From NCBI GenBank assembly GCA_004297205.1, contig SCUL01000002.1:188594-252593 (forward strand): a stretch of DNA of 64,000 bases, given 5' to 3'. Below the pieces are notes generated by a model that saw nothing but the letters and a program-made list of their open reading frames with translations, was not told the DNA's origin and made no database searches. The first letter of the stretch is position 1, and each line of letters starts with the position of its first letter. Position numbers and translations under genes: made by a program. The stretch is from Patescibacteria group bacterium (GTDB taxonomy: Bacteria > Patescibacteriota > Patescibacteriia > 2-12-FULL-57-11). Below, piece by piece: positions 31,462 to 40,377 of this stretch.

Positions 31462-32716
31462 ATGCCACGCGCGTGATGTCGGCGCCCAGCGCCCGGAGGC
31501 GCTCCTCAATGGCTTCGTAGCCGCGGTCGATTTGGTAGATGTTCTCGATTTTGCTCGTCCCAGTGGCGGCCAAAGCGGCCACGACGAGAGCGAGCCCCGC
31601 CCGGATGTCGGGCGATTCGAGCGTCGTCCCGCGCAGCGGCGTCGGTCCCTGAACGAGGGCCCGGTGCGGATCGCAGAGAATGATCTCGGCGCCCATCTTG
31701 TTGAGTTTCTCCGTGAAGTACAGGCGACCCTCGAAAATCGTCTCGTGGACCATGGAGCTGCCGGTGGCCTGGGTCAGCAGGACCGTGAACGGCGGCTGGA
31801 TGTCCGTCGGGAAACCCGGATACTCGTGGGTCATGAGCGGCTGCGCCTGGAGCTTCTGCCAGGGTTTGACCGCGATGTCGCCGCCGTTGACCGTAAATGG
31901 CACGCCGAGCCGCTGCAAATACTCGAGGGGCACGGAAAGGTGCTCCGGTTTGGTTCCGGTAATCGTCATCTGGCTCTTGGTGGCCGCGGCCAGCGCCAGG
32001 AAACTTCCGGCTTCGATGCGGTCCGGCATGATCTCGGCCGAGCCGCCGGACAGGCGCTCCACGCCCCGGATGCGGATGGTCGGCGTGCCGGCGCCGGAAA
32101 TCTTGGCGCCGCAGGAGTTCAGGAAATCGGCCAGAGCCACCACCTCCGGCTCCATGGCACAGTTTTCCAGGACCGTTTCGCCCGGCACGCGGCTGCCCAA
32201 AATCACCAGCGCTTCAGTCACGGTGTGGCTGACGAAGGGAAAGACGAAGTGGATCGGCGTCAATTTCTTGGAGGAAAAACGAATTTCCTTCTCCCCCTCC
32301 TCGACCGCAGCGCCAAACGCCTTGTAGCCGGCCAAAAACAGGTCGATCGGCCGACGGCCGATGGCGCAGCCGCCCGGGAACGGCAGCGTGGCGGCGCCGC
32401 GGGTCACGAGCAAAGAGGCCACGAGCAGCGTGGAAACCCGGATTTTGGGGGCCAGCACCTCGTCGAGCACGTCAGTCGAGACGGAGCGCGGGTCAATGAT
32501 ATACTGGTGCGGATCCGGTTCCGTGACCGTGGCACCCAACCCCTTGAGGATTTCCACCATGCGCCGGACATCCTCGATCCGGGGCACGTTGGTCAGCGTC
32601 ACCGGCCCGTCCATCAGCAAGGACGCCGCCAGAAATTTGAGGGCGGCGTTCTTGGCTCCGGAAACGGCGATCGTGCCCGACAGCGGACGGCCGCCGGTGA
32701 TCTCGAAATGCGCCAT
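31460..32716 (-). CDS. murA: UDP-N-acetylglucosamine 1-carboxyvinyltransferase
   Basis: ORF trimmed to the ATG at 32716 (MAHFEITGGRPLSGTIAVSGAKNAALKF...). EPSP-synthase-fold MurA signatures throughout; active-site Cys region (PGGCAIG). Confidence 0.9.
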   Translation of the reverse strand: MAHFEITGGRPLSGTIAVSGAKNAALKFLAASLLMDGPVTLTNVPRIEDVRRMVEILKGLGATVTEPDPHQYIIDPRSVSTDVLDEVLAPKIRVSTLLVASLLVTRGAATLPFPGGCAIGRRPIDLFLAGYKAFGAAVEEGEKEIRFSSKKLTPIHFVFPFVSHTVTEALVILGSRVPGETVLENCAMEPEVVALADFLNSCGAKISGAGTPTIRIRGVERLSGGSAEIMPDRIEAGSFLALAAATKSQMTITGTKPEHLSVPLEYLQRLGVPFTVNGGDIAVKPWQKLQAQPLMTHEYPGFPTDIQPPFTVLLTQATGSSMVHETIFEGRLYFTEKLNKMGAEIILCDPHRALVQGPTPLRGTTLESPDIRAGLALVVAALAATGTSKIENIYQIDRGYEAIEERLRALGADITRVA

Positions 32717-32760
32717 AATGGACGGGAATATAGCAGATTCGGACGAGGATTTCAAGTCCC

Positions 32761-34080
32761 ATGAAAAACCGCACCCAAACCCTGATTACCGTGATCCTGA
32801 TGCTGCTCTTCCTGACCAGCGTTCCTTTGGTGCTCCTGAACACCGCCGGCTACCGCATCAATATCCGGACTCGGCAGTTGGAACGCACTGGCATCCTAAT
32901 CCTCCGTTCAGCGCCTCCGGACGCCCATATCCTGCTGGACGGCGTGCTTCAGGACGAGCGGACGCCGGCCCGCCTCTCCCAGCTCCTGCCCCGCGAATAC
33001 CGCGTCACCGCGGAACGCGAGGGCTACCGCCCCTGGAGCAAGCTGCTGACCGTGGAAAGCCAGCGCTCGACCTTTGCCGAAGACATCATCCTGTTCCCGG
33101 ACCAGCTGCCGGTGCGCGTCGCGGACGCCGCGGCGCGCAGCCTGGCCGTGGCCGTTGACGGCACCCTGGTCTACGACGATACGACGGGATCAACCACGGA
33201 AATCCACTTCCTCCGGCCGAACGGCGAGGAAACCACGGTCACGCGCGTCAGCCACCGCAGCGGCGGCGATCAATGGTTGCGACTGCGATGGAGCCCGGAC
33301 GGACGAACGGTACTTGCGTTCGGCGACATCGCGCCGACCCTGGTCAGTCTCGACGGCGCGCAGCGCGTCCTGACAGTGCCCGGACCGCTCTCCGAGGCCG
33401 TCTGGAGCGGCCAGGACCTCTATCTGCTGGCCGACGGGCGGGCGCTCGTCCAATCCGAAGACGGCGCCACCCGGCCTGTCACCACGTCAACGGCCGCCCT
33501 GTTGTGGCGTCAGGAAGGGCTGACGTACGTCGGCCGCGCCGCCACCGGCACAATCAGCGTGGACGTGCTCGCGGCCAACGGCAGCATCCTGCGCTCCGCG
33601 CTGCTGCGGCTGCCGGGAAACGTCGGGTGGTACCGCTTCCTCCCCTCCCCGAACGGCCTGCTCACGCTGCTAGGTGACGGGCGGGTGCGGGTCTTTGACG
33701 CAGAAAGCGGTGCGACGCGCATCGACCGGCCGGCCTACGACGCCGTGTGGCGCCTGGACGGCACGCCGGAACTGCTGCTGTCGACCAATTTCGAAATCTG
33801 GACGGTCAACCCGGATGACCAGGCGCAGCTGCTGACCCGGCTCGGCGCGCCGATCCGGGGTGCCGCCTGGTATCCCGGCGGCACCCACGTCCTGTACGCC
33901 TCCGGAGACGCGGTCGCGGCCATTGAGCGCGACGACCGCGGCGGCCGCATCATCACTCCGCTCTTCACGCTGCCCGATCTGGGCGCCTTCATCGTGGACG
34001 AAAAAGGAGCCGCGGTCTTTGCGGCCGCCGCTCCTGCCGGCAAACCGGGCATCTTCCGCTATCCGATTGTGATCCCTTAA
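32761..34080 (+). CDS. PEGA domain protein with C-terminal beta-propeller (TolB-like) repeats
   Basis: N-terminal TM; PEGA-like segment (SAPPDAHILLDGV..YRVTAEREGYRPW); repeated WD/TolB-like blades (DG..L.Y...DG..). Confidence 0.6.
   Translation: MKNRTQTLITVILMLLFLTSVPLVLLNTAGYRINIRTRQLERTGILILRSAPPDAHILLDGVLQDERTPARLSQLLPREYRVTAEREGYRPWSKLLTVESQRSTFAEDIILFPDQLPVRVADAAARSLAVAVDGTLVYDDTTGSTTEIHFLRPNGEETTVTRVSHRSGGDQWLRLRWSPDGRTVLAFGDIAPTLVSLDGAQRVLTVPGPLSEAVWSGQDLYLLADGRALVQSEDGATRPVTTSTAALLWRQEGLTYVGRAATGTISVDVLAANGSILRSALLRLPGNVGWYRFLPSPNGLLTLLGDGRVRVFDAESGATRIDRPAYDAVWRLDGTPELLLSTNFEIWTVNPDDQAQLLTRLGAPIRGAAWYPGGTHVLYASGDAVAAIERDDRGGRIITPLFTLPDLGAFIVDEKGAAVFAAAAPAGKPGIFRYPIVIP
34028..34080. 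repeat. direct repeat, left copy (the 3' end of the PEGA/propeller gene), bounding low-GC islet 2
   Basis: The 53 bp CCGCTCCTGCCGGCAAACCGGGCATCTTCCGCTATCCGATTGTGATCCCTTAA matches 35327..35379 at about 80% identity. It encodes ..APAGKPGIFRYPIVIP*. Confidence 0.6.
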
Positions 34081-34081
34081 T

Positions 34082-35296
34082 TTAATTCGTGATAAATTTT
34101 TGAAAACGGTCGGTACTTGAGTCGTATTCTACGGTTATCTCCGTATCTTCGTATTGTCCACTCGATGTGCTGTACCGCAGAAGAGCTATATTCACGATAC
34201 GCCCATCAAAAGCCCGTACCTCTGAAGAGTACTCGGGGTACTGCTCAGGAGACTTCAAGAAATCGGAAAAAATAGATTCCTGGGCGATATCTCGCCGCAC
34301 TTCGTGAATTCCTGCCCGGTCTTCTCGAATCAATCTGTTAGGATATTCGATGCGGTACGCAATCCTTGGGACAAATGATGCATGCCCATTTTGCGCAATT
34401 GCGGCATCGTACCCCGGCAGACGGAAGGTAATCCTGCTTCCGTCGAAGGACGTCTCCGGGAATGGGAAAAGGTCCAAACCACCTCCGTACACGGGCACAC
34501 ACTCCACACCTATCGCCGTTGGCAGCGAATACGTCTGCCCGTTAATCAAGATTGCCGAAACAGTGGAAGTCGCCTTAGAAGAATCGGTCACCTCATCGCG
34601 AACCTGTTGACAATTTGATTCTTGAACGATCTGGGCCTGCATCGCGACCGTCCCAATTCGCGCGTCCAAAGAGGTCCCAGAGCGGTTGAAATCTCCGACC
34701 TCGGTCTCGGCGAGAATCGCACCGCTGGCGTCGAAAAAATAGCTATGGATAGTACGGACTGCTTCACACGGACTCGTTAGTAAATGAGCAGCGACACCAT
34801 CGCTCCACTCGTCTAGAGAGAGATACACACACTGGTTGCTTGCCGCTACGTCAAGCACCCTGCGCAAGCTTCGCCCATTCAAATCAGCCAGCCATACAGT
34901 TGTAAAATCTTCCGGTTTTGACCTGACCAGGAGCACGACCGAATCAAGTGTCAACTGCTTCGCATCCTGGTACTGATCTTGTGAGAACGGGGCAAAAGCA
35001 ATCAGATCCTCGCGTGTTGAGGTCGCCAGCCCGACCAGGGCCGTCGAAGTCCGTTCAGATTCTTCCAATATAGTTCCCTTCTTGGGTTCGATGTTTGGAG
35101 AGGGTGATTGGGCACTCTGCAATGCACGAAGGTCCTGTTCTTTCTTTTGAATGATGCTCCTCAACATCGAAAGATCCGACGATGATTGAACAGACATCCC
35201 GGACAGAGTGACGGTCGCTGATGCAAGAACGAAAAAAACTAAAACAAGGAAAGCTTTTGCATTTCTTCCAAATGTATTCATGCAAAAAATCGTCAC
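34082..35296 (-). CDS. hypothetical secreted protein (404 aa), cargo of low-GC islet 2
   Basis: Signal peptide (AFLVLVFFVLASATVTLSG). GC is about 45-50% versus about 68% in the flanks. No recognised domain. Confidence 0.6.
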   Translation of the reverse strand: MTIFCMNTFGRNAKAFLVLVFFVLASATVTLSGMSVQSSSDLSMLRSIIQKKEQDLRALQSAQSPSPNIEPKKGTILEESERTSTALVGLATSTREDLIAFAPFSQDQYQDAKQLTLDSVVLLVRSKPEDFTTVWLADLNGRSLRRVLDVAASNQCVYLSLDEWSDGVAAHLLTSPCEAVRTIHSYFFDASGAILAETEVGDFNRSGTSLDARIGTVAMQAQIVQESNCQQVRDEVTDSSKATSTVSAILINGQTYSLPTAIGVECVPVYGGGLDLFPFPETSFDGSRITFRLPGYDAAIAQNGHASFVPRIAYRIEYPNRLIREDRAGIHEVRRDIAQESIFSDFLKSPEQYPEYSSEVRAFDGRIVNIALLRYSTSSGQYEDTEITVEYDSSTDRFQKFITN

Positions 35297-35326
35297 CCGA
35301 ATCTGGAATCCATTCTACCACGAACC

Positions 35327-35379
35327 CCGCTCCCGCCGGAAAAACCGGCATTTTCCGGTATCCGATTATTGTCCCGTAA
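35327..35379. repeat. direct repeat, right copy: a displaced, still in-frame copy of the PEGA/propeller gene's 3' end
   Basis: CCGCTCCCGCCGGAAAAACCGGCATTTTCCGGTATCCGATTATTGTCCCGTAA translates in one frame to PAPAGKTGIFRYPIIVP*. This shares 15 of 17 residues, plus the stop codon, with the C-terminus of the intact gene. Confidence 0.6.
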
Positions 35380-35384
35380 TAGAC

Positions 35385-35535
35385 TTCCCCATCGCCTTCT
35401 TCGCAAGAAGGGGCAGCTCTTGGTCATTGCGAGCGGGAGCGAAGCAATCTCGTGTAGGAGATTGCTTCGTCGCTCACTGCCGTTCGCTCCTCGCAATGAC
35501 CAGGTACACTCCCTCTTGCGAAGAGGGAGACGGAG
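35385..35535. repeat. ~150-bp composite palindromic (MITE-like/REP-like) element
   Basis: The left arm ..CCTTCTTCGCAAGAAGG..GGTCATTGCGAG..AGCGAA..GCAATCTC and the right arm GAGATTGC..TTCGCT..CTCGCAATGACC..CTCCCTCTTGCGAAGAGGGAG are reverse complements around the centre GTGTAG. Each end carries a small CTTCGCAAG/CTTGCGAAG hairpin. It lies between the islet-2 right repeat and the 3' end of rmlA. Confidence 0.45.
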
Positions 35536-35544
35536 GGAGTCTTC

Positions 35545-36621
35545 CTAGATTTCGACGCGCGCGTTATCGCCAATGATGAACTTGTAGCCGTGCGGGTGGG
35601 TGCTTTGCTTTGAGGTGACGCAGGCGTCCTTGCCGATCAGCGAATCCACGATGCGGGCGTGGCAGTCGACGGTGACGTTGTCGAAGATGATGCAATGCTC
35701 GAGTTCCGTGTTGCGGATGACCGAGCCGTTGCCGATGGCCGTGTACGGCCCGATGTAGCTGGCTTCCACCGTCACGTTCTCGCCGATCGAGACCGGCCCG
35801 CGGACGAGCACCCCCGGACCGATCTTCGAACCTTTCCCGATGTGCACCTTGCCCTGGAGTATTGCCGTGGGGTCGATCTGACCCTCGCGCGTGGCCTCGC
35901 CCGGGGTCATCTCGTCCAGAATCAGCTGGTTGCCCTCGAGCAAATCTTCTGGCTTGCCGGTGTCCTTCCACCAGCCGGTGATCTCGGTATGACCGACATT
36001 CTTGGCATTGCGCAGATACCAGTTGTAAATCTCGGAGATTTCATATTCGCCGCGCGCCGACGGCGTGATCGTGTCGTAGGCCTTGAAAAACTCGTTGTTG
36101 AACAGGTACAGACCGGTCACGGCGTAGTCTGATTTGGGCACGGCCGGTTTTTCTTCGTACCGGACGATCTTGCCGTCGACGAATTCCGGCACGCCGAAGC
36201 GCCGCGGGTCCGGGACTTTCGCGATCGTCATGAGCGCATCATGGCCGCCGTTTTTGAACTGTTCCACCAGATTGCGGATGTTACCGAGGACGACGTTGTC
36301 GGACAGGTAGAACAGGAAGGGGCTGTCGCCGATCCAGGCCTGGGCCTGTTTGGGCACGTTGGCGATCCCGAGCGGCCCGCCCTGCTGCTCAAAAAAGTGG
36401 ATCTTGGCGCCCCAGCGGCTGCCGTCGCCGATCACCTTCTGGAGTTCGGTCTCGCCCGGGTTGGTGTTGATGGCGATGTCCGTGATCCCCGCATCCACCA
36501 CCTTTTCGATGGCATGGAAAATCATCGGCTTGTTGGCAAGCGGGATGAGGTGCTTGTTCCAGGTGTGGGTGATGGGGCGCAGGCGCGTGGCGCGCCCGCC
36601 GCCCGTCAACACGGCTTTCAT
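35545..36621 (-). CDS. rmlA: glucose-1-phosphate thymidylyltransferase (long form with C-terminal left-handed beta-helix)
   Basis: N-terminus LTGGGRATRLRPITHTWNKHLIPLA (sugar nucleotidyltransferase motif G-x-G-T-R-L); C-terminal hexapeptide repeats. Confidence 0.8.
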   Translation of the reverse strand: MKAVLTGGGRATRLRPITHTWNKHLIPLANKPMIFHAIEKVVDAGITDIAINTNPGETELQKVIGDGSRWGAKIHFFEQQGGPLGIANVPKQAQAWIGDSPFLFYLSDNVVLGNIRNLVEQFKNGGHDALMTIAKVPDPRRFGVPEFVDGKIVRYEEKPAVPKSDYAVTGLYLFNNEFFKAYDTITPSARGEYEISEIYNWYLRNAKNVGHTEITGWWKDTGKPEDLLEGNQLILDEMTPGEATREGQIDPTAILQGKVHIGKGSKIGPGVLVRGPVSIGENVTVEASYIGPYTAIGNGSVIRNTELEHCIIFDNVTVDCHARIVDSLIGKDACVTSKQSTHPHGYKFIIGDNARVEI

Positions 36622-36630
36622 GGGCGTTTT

Positions 36631-37473
36631 TTACCGCTTCCCCAGGTATTCAGCAAGCGCCTCTTCCCACGAACGCATCGGGGGCAGTTTGGTGTTTCGG
36701 AGCATCGAAAAGGCGGGGCGCTTGGCCGGACGCGGGAAGGTGCTGGCCGGCACCGGAGTGACCGGCACGTTGCCGAATCCCGCCAGCTCCAGCGCCTTCA
36801 TGCCGAACTGATACCAGGTGCAGGCACCGCTGTTGGTGACGTGGTAGATGCCGAACGGTTTGCGCGCCACCAACATTTCACGGGTGCGCTTCGCCAAATC
36901 CACCACGTACGTCGGCGAACTGATTTCCTCGTCCACCAGCTGGAGCGGTCCGCCTTCCTTGGCCTTGGCAATGATCTTGTCGACGAAACTGGCTTTCGTC
37001 CCCTCCCCGGCTCCCTGGTTGCCGAACAGCCGCGACGTGCGGATCAGATAATACTCGCTCGCCGCCTGCTTCAACAGGCGCTCGCCGAGGAGTTTCGATT
37101 CGCCGTATTTGGAAATCGGCTCGGGTTTGTCGCCCTCGGCGTAGCCGGCTTGCCGCGTGCCGTCGAACACGTAGTCGGTCGAGTAGTGCACCATGAAGAT
37201 GCCGAGGATCGAGCACATGTCGGCGATCGAGCCCACGGCGCTGCCGTTGACGAGCTTGGCCATGGCGTCGTCCTTCTCGATGCCGTCCACGTCGTTCATG
37301 GCCGCGGCGTTGATGATGAGGTCCGGGCCGACTTCGGTGATCTTGAGCCCGTACTCTTCGGGCTTGGTGATGTCGACCTCCTCGCGGTCCCAGAGGGTCA
37401 GCTGCTGGTCGGCAAAGACCTTGGCCAATTCCTGGCCGAGCATCCCTTTGGAGCCAATAATCAGAATCTTCAT
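36631..37473 (-). CDS. rmlD: dTDP-4-dehydrorhamnose reductase
   Basis: MKILIIGSKGMLGQEL (Rossmann GxxGxxG), YSTDYVFDG and a YxxxK catalytic region. RmlD-family length (280 aa). Confidence 0.85.
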   Translation of the reverse strand: MKILIIGSKGMLGQELAKVFADQQLTLWDREEVDITKPEEYGLKITEVGPDLIINAAAMNDVDGIEKDDAMAKLVNGSAVGSIADMCSILGIFMVHYSTDYVFDGTRQAGYAEGDKPEPISKYGESKLLGERLLKQAASEYYLIRTSRLFGNQGAGEGTKASFVDKIIAKAKEGGPLQLVDEEISSPTYVVDLAKRTREMLVARKPFGIYHVTNSGACTWYQFGMKALELAGFGNVPVTPVPASTFPRPAKRPAFSMLRNTKLPPMRSWEEALAEYLGKR

Positions 37474-37560
37474 AGGTCGCAGCCACTCTAGCAGCGACGG
37501 CGGAATAAAAAAAGGAGGGTACCCCGTGGTACCCTCGCGCCGCGGTTGCGGCGTCGGCTG

Positions 37561-38112
37561 CTAGAGCAACCCGGCCTTGGCGAGCGCGGCCAGCGAGCGG
37601 CCGTCGCGCGAGACGCGGCAGAACGCCTGCGGCGTCATCCAGCCGTCACCCTCCTTCTGGGCGACGCGGACCACGTGCACGCCGATGTGCCCGTCGATCC
37701 GCTTGAGGTTGGCGCTGTAGTGCAGCGCCCCTTCCTGCGGGAGGACCTCGCCCTTGGAGAGCGACGAGGGCAGCAGCTCGACGTCCGGCTGCCCGTCCAC
37801 GCCCTTCGTGGGGCGCGTGCGGACCATGCCGTCCGACGCGAGCTCGATGATCACCTGCCCGACCTCGCGCAGCTCCCCGGGCGCAGCGGTCTTGCCCGGT
37901 TCCTCGACGACGACGGGCGCGAGGTAGCCGCCCACGTCGCGCATGACGACGGCGTAGTACTTGCCGTCCTGCCGCCGGATGCTGCCGGTGGCCGGGTCGA
38001 ACACCCAGGCCTGCTTCTCCTCGAGAGCGACGAGGACGGGCCCGCCGAAGTGCTGCGCAAGCGCGGCCTCGGCCTCGGCAAGCGTGACGACCTTCTTCTC
38101 ATCCTGACTCAT
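37561..38112 (-). CDS. hypothetical protein (184 aa)
   Basis: ORF 37561..38241 trimmed to the ATG at 38112 (MSQDEKKVV..). No recognised domain. High GC like its neighbours. Confidence 0.5.
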   Translation of the reverse strand: MSQDEKKVVTLAEAEAALAQHFGGPVLVALEEKQAWVFDPATGSIRRQDGKYYAVVMRDVGGYLAPVVVEEPGKTAAPGELREVGQVIIELASDGMVRTRPTKGVDGQPDVELLPSSLSKGEVLPQEGALHYSANLKRIDGHIGVHVVRVAQKEGDGWMTPQAFCRVSRDGRSLAALAKAGLL

Positions 38113-38268
38113 GACGGACCCCTGAGCGCCATGCGGCGCTTCGGGGCACCCTTCGGCTCCGGCCAAACGGATGCCTGGTATCTTGCTCGGGCGCCGGCCC
38201 GACCAGCCCCGCAGGGCGAACCAGTTCGCAGACGCTAACAAAAAATCGGGAAAAAAGAAAGGGCCGTA

Positions 38269-39063
38269 TCACGCGCGGATACGACCCAGGTGCTCGTAGA
38301 GATGCAGCAGCGCCGTGGCGGTGTGCTGGTCGCTCAAACCGAGCTCCTTGCGGCGACGGATCACTTCCTCCAGAGGGTACGTCCGGATCCCCATGGCCTT
38401 CGTCCCATGGAGCTTCTCGAGCGTCGCGCCCTCGGCAAGCCGAAAGCACAGCAGCCAAAAATCGACGATGACCGTGCTCATGCCGGTGTCCTCGGGCGCC
38501 GAGCCGAGCGGCAGGACGCATTCCGAGCGGACCAGTCCGCTCGTGAGGAGCGGCACCAGCTCGCGGCCGAGCAATCCGAGCGGGATGGCGTGATCGGAAC
38601 TGCCCGACACGCCCTTCAGCAGCCGGTCGACGATGGTTTCCTTCGAATTCACGGAGGACCACTCGCGCGGCAGCTCCGTCGACCAGGCGCTCTCCTCGCG
38701 CACCAGCAGCGTTGGCCGATGTTGGCGGACGAAGACGAGTTGGTCCTCGACCATCACGATGATCGCGCAGCCGCGGCGCTCGGCGCCGCTCACCGCGAAC
38801 TTCATGAAGAACGAACCGTGCTGACCGTCCGGACGGATGACCCAGAACTGGACGATCGCGTACCACGGGTTGATGGAAACGCTGATCAGGTCCAGGATCT
38901 CGAACTCGCCGCGCTGCCAGGTGCCGAGCTGCACCAGCGGTGTCAGTTTGTATGTCGTCAGGATGGCGTTGATCTGCTTGAGCCGCCGCTCCTGTGATGC
39001 TTCCCTGCTTCCTGCCGCTTCCTCGTCCGGAAGCGGCTGTACCGCTTCCTTCCGAGCACTCAT
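38269..39063 (-). CDS. hypothetical protein (265 aa)
   Basis: ORF trimmed to the ATG at 39063, preceded by the SD GGAGG. No confident domain; a central segment is vaguely Nudix-fold-like (not called). Confidence 0.5.
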   Translation of the reverse strand: MSARKEAVQPLPDEEAAGSREASQERRLKQINAILTTYKLTPLVQLGTWQRGEFEILDLISVSINPWYAIVQFWVIRPDGQHGSFFMKFAVSGAERRGCAIIVMVEDQLVFVRQHRPTLLVREESAWSTELPREWSSVNSKETIVDRLLKGVSGSSDHAIPLGLLGRELVPLLTSGLVRSECVLPLGSAPEDTGMSTVIVDFWLLCFRLAEGATLEKLHGTKAMGIRTYPLEEVIRRRKELGLSDQHTATALLHLYEHLGRIRA

Positions 39064-39145
39064 AGGGGAACCTCCTCTGGGAATACACAACCAAATTTTT
39101 CCCTCCGCGTCAAGCCTCCCGGGATAAAAAAGAGGCGCCGCCCGC

Positions 39146-39562
39146 TCAGCGGGAGACGCGAACGATGTCGTTGTAGCTGCGCGTGCGGTCCGTGCCGCCC
39201 TGCGGCTCGACCCGCTCGCCGAAAACCATGTGGTCGTCGTCGAAGGACAACACGCTGTCCTCGGACACCCGCTGCAGGCAGACGACGCCGTCGGCGCACC
39301 AGACGAGGATCTCGGCGCCCGGCTCCGCGGACGATGACAGCCCCTGGAGCATCCGCGGGCCGCGACGGCTCACGGTCCACTCGCCGGAGACCACGATCCG
39401 CGCGATGACGTCCGCGAAGATCACCCAGACCTTCTTGCCGTCCTTGAGCTCCTGCTCGGTGCCGAGCGCTTTCCAGAACGGGATGCGCGTCCGCTTCTCT
39501 TTCGGCGGCATCCACATTTCGGCCGTGTCCGCATCCTCCGGAAACTTCTTCGGTTCTCCCAT
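39146..39562 (-). CDS. hypothetical protein (138 aa)
   Basis: A co-directional ORF that fills the gap in the operon. No recognised domain. Confidence 0.4.
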   Translation of the reverse strand: MGEPKKFPEDADTAEMWMPPKEKRTRIPFWKALGTEQELKDGKKVWVIFADVIARIVVSGEWTVSRRGPRMLQGLSSSAEPGAEILVWCADGVVCLQRVSEDSVLSFDDDHMVFGERVEPQGGTDRTRSYNDIVRVSR

Positions 39563-39649
39563 TGAACTTCTCTGCTCCTTCCGTGGAACGAGTCAATCAA
39601 GAAAGAGGTGGCTCGTCAACCCGCCCAGCATAAAAAAGGAGGCCTCCCC

Positions 39650-40354
39650 TCAGGGAAGCCAGGCGTCCGGAACGCCGCAGGCCAGCAGGTCGGCCTTGAG
39701 CTGCAGCACGTTGGCCTCCGTCACCTCGGAGAACCAGACCGTCCGCATCCCCCGCCCCTTGGCGGTGACGACGTGTTCCACCAGGTCGTCGATGAAGACG
39801 CAGTCCCGTGGCGCGACCGGCGGGTCGCTCTTCAGCTGCGCATTCACGTAGGCGAGCAGCGTCTCGAAGTAGTCCGGATCGCGCTTGCGACGGCCGATGA
39901 GATGCGAGTCGCTGTGGACCCGCAGCATGGCCCGCGCCCGGGGCAGCCGGTCGTAGACGCAGTACGACCGCTCGTCGACGTTCGAGGCCGAGACGACCGG
40001 CACATGCCGGGCCAGCGCCTCGAGGATCTCGATCACCGGAAGGATCGGCTCCGTCAGCGCCTCGACCCAGATGCGGGCGAAGCACTCACGGCTCCATTCC
40101 ACGGGCGGACGTTGGCCGCGGCAGAGCGTCAGCTCCACGTAGTCGGCGAACGCCTCCCAGGTGACCGTCCCGCGCTCCAGCGCCTGGAACGGCTCGCTTT
40201 GGTGCAGCACCGGATGGATCTCGTGCGCGGGGCGGCCGAAGATCCTGCCGACCTCCCGCGCGCGGTAGCTGTCGTTGTAGACGATGCGGACGTTGCCGGC
40301 ATCGGCGAGAATCAGCCGCGGTGGGCCCGCGGGATGCTTCTGGGGAAAGGACAC
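39650..40354 (-). CDS. HAD-like hydrolase (putative)
   Basis: HAD-like motifs: N-terminal LILADAGNV (a variant motif I), VVSASN (motif II-like) and FIDDLVEHV (motif IV, DD). Competing shadow ORFs exist on both strands; this frame was chosen because of the motifs. Confidence 0.45.
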   Translation of the reverse strand: MSFPQKHPAGPPRLILADAGNVRIVYNDSYRAREVGRIFGRPAHEIHPVLHQSEPFQALERGTVTWEAFADYVELTLCRGQRPPVEWSRECFARIWVEALTEPILPVIEILEALARHVPVVSASNVDERSYCVYDRLPRARAMLRVHSDSHLIGRRKRDPDYFETLLAYVNAQLKSDPPVAPRDCVFIDDLVEHVVTAKGRGMRTVWFSEVTEANVLQLKADLLACGVPDAWLP

Positions 40355-40377
40355 GATTCCTCCTCGGGAGGAATCTA

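Noticed and set aside
38269-39063. Possible NUDIX fold in the 265-aa hypothetical protein
   Set aside because: The segment ..TELPREWSSVNSKETIVDRLLKGVSG only loosely matches the Nudix box GX5EX7REUXEEXGU. Key Glu residues are not in register, so it stays a hypothetical.
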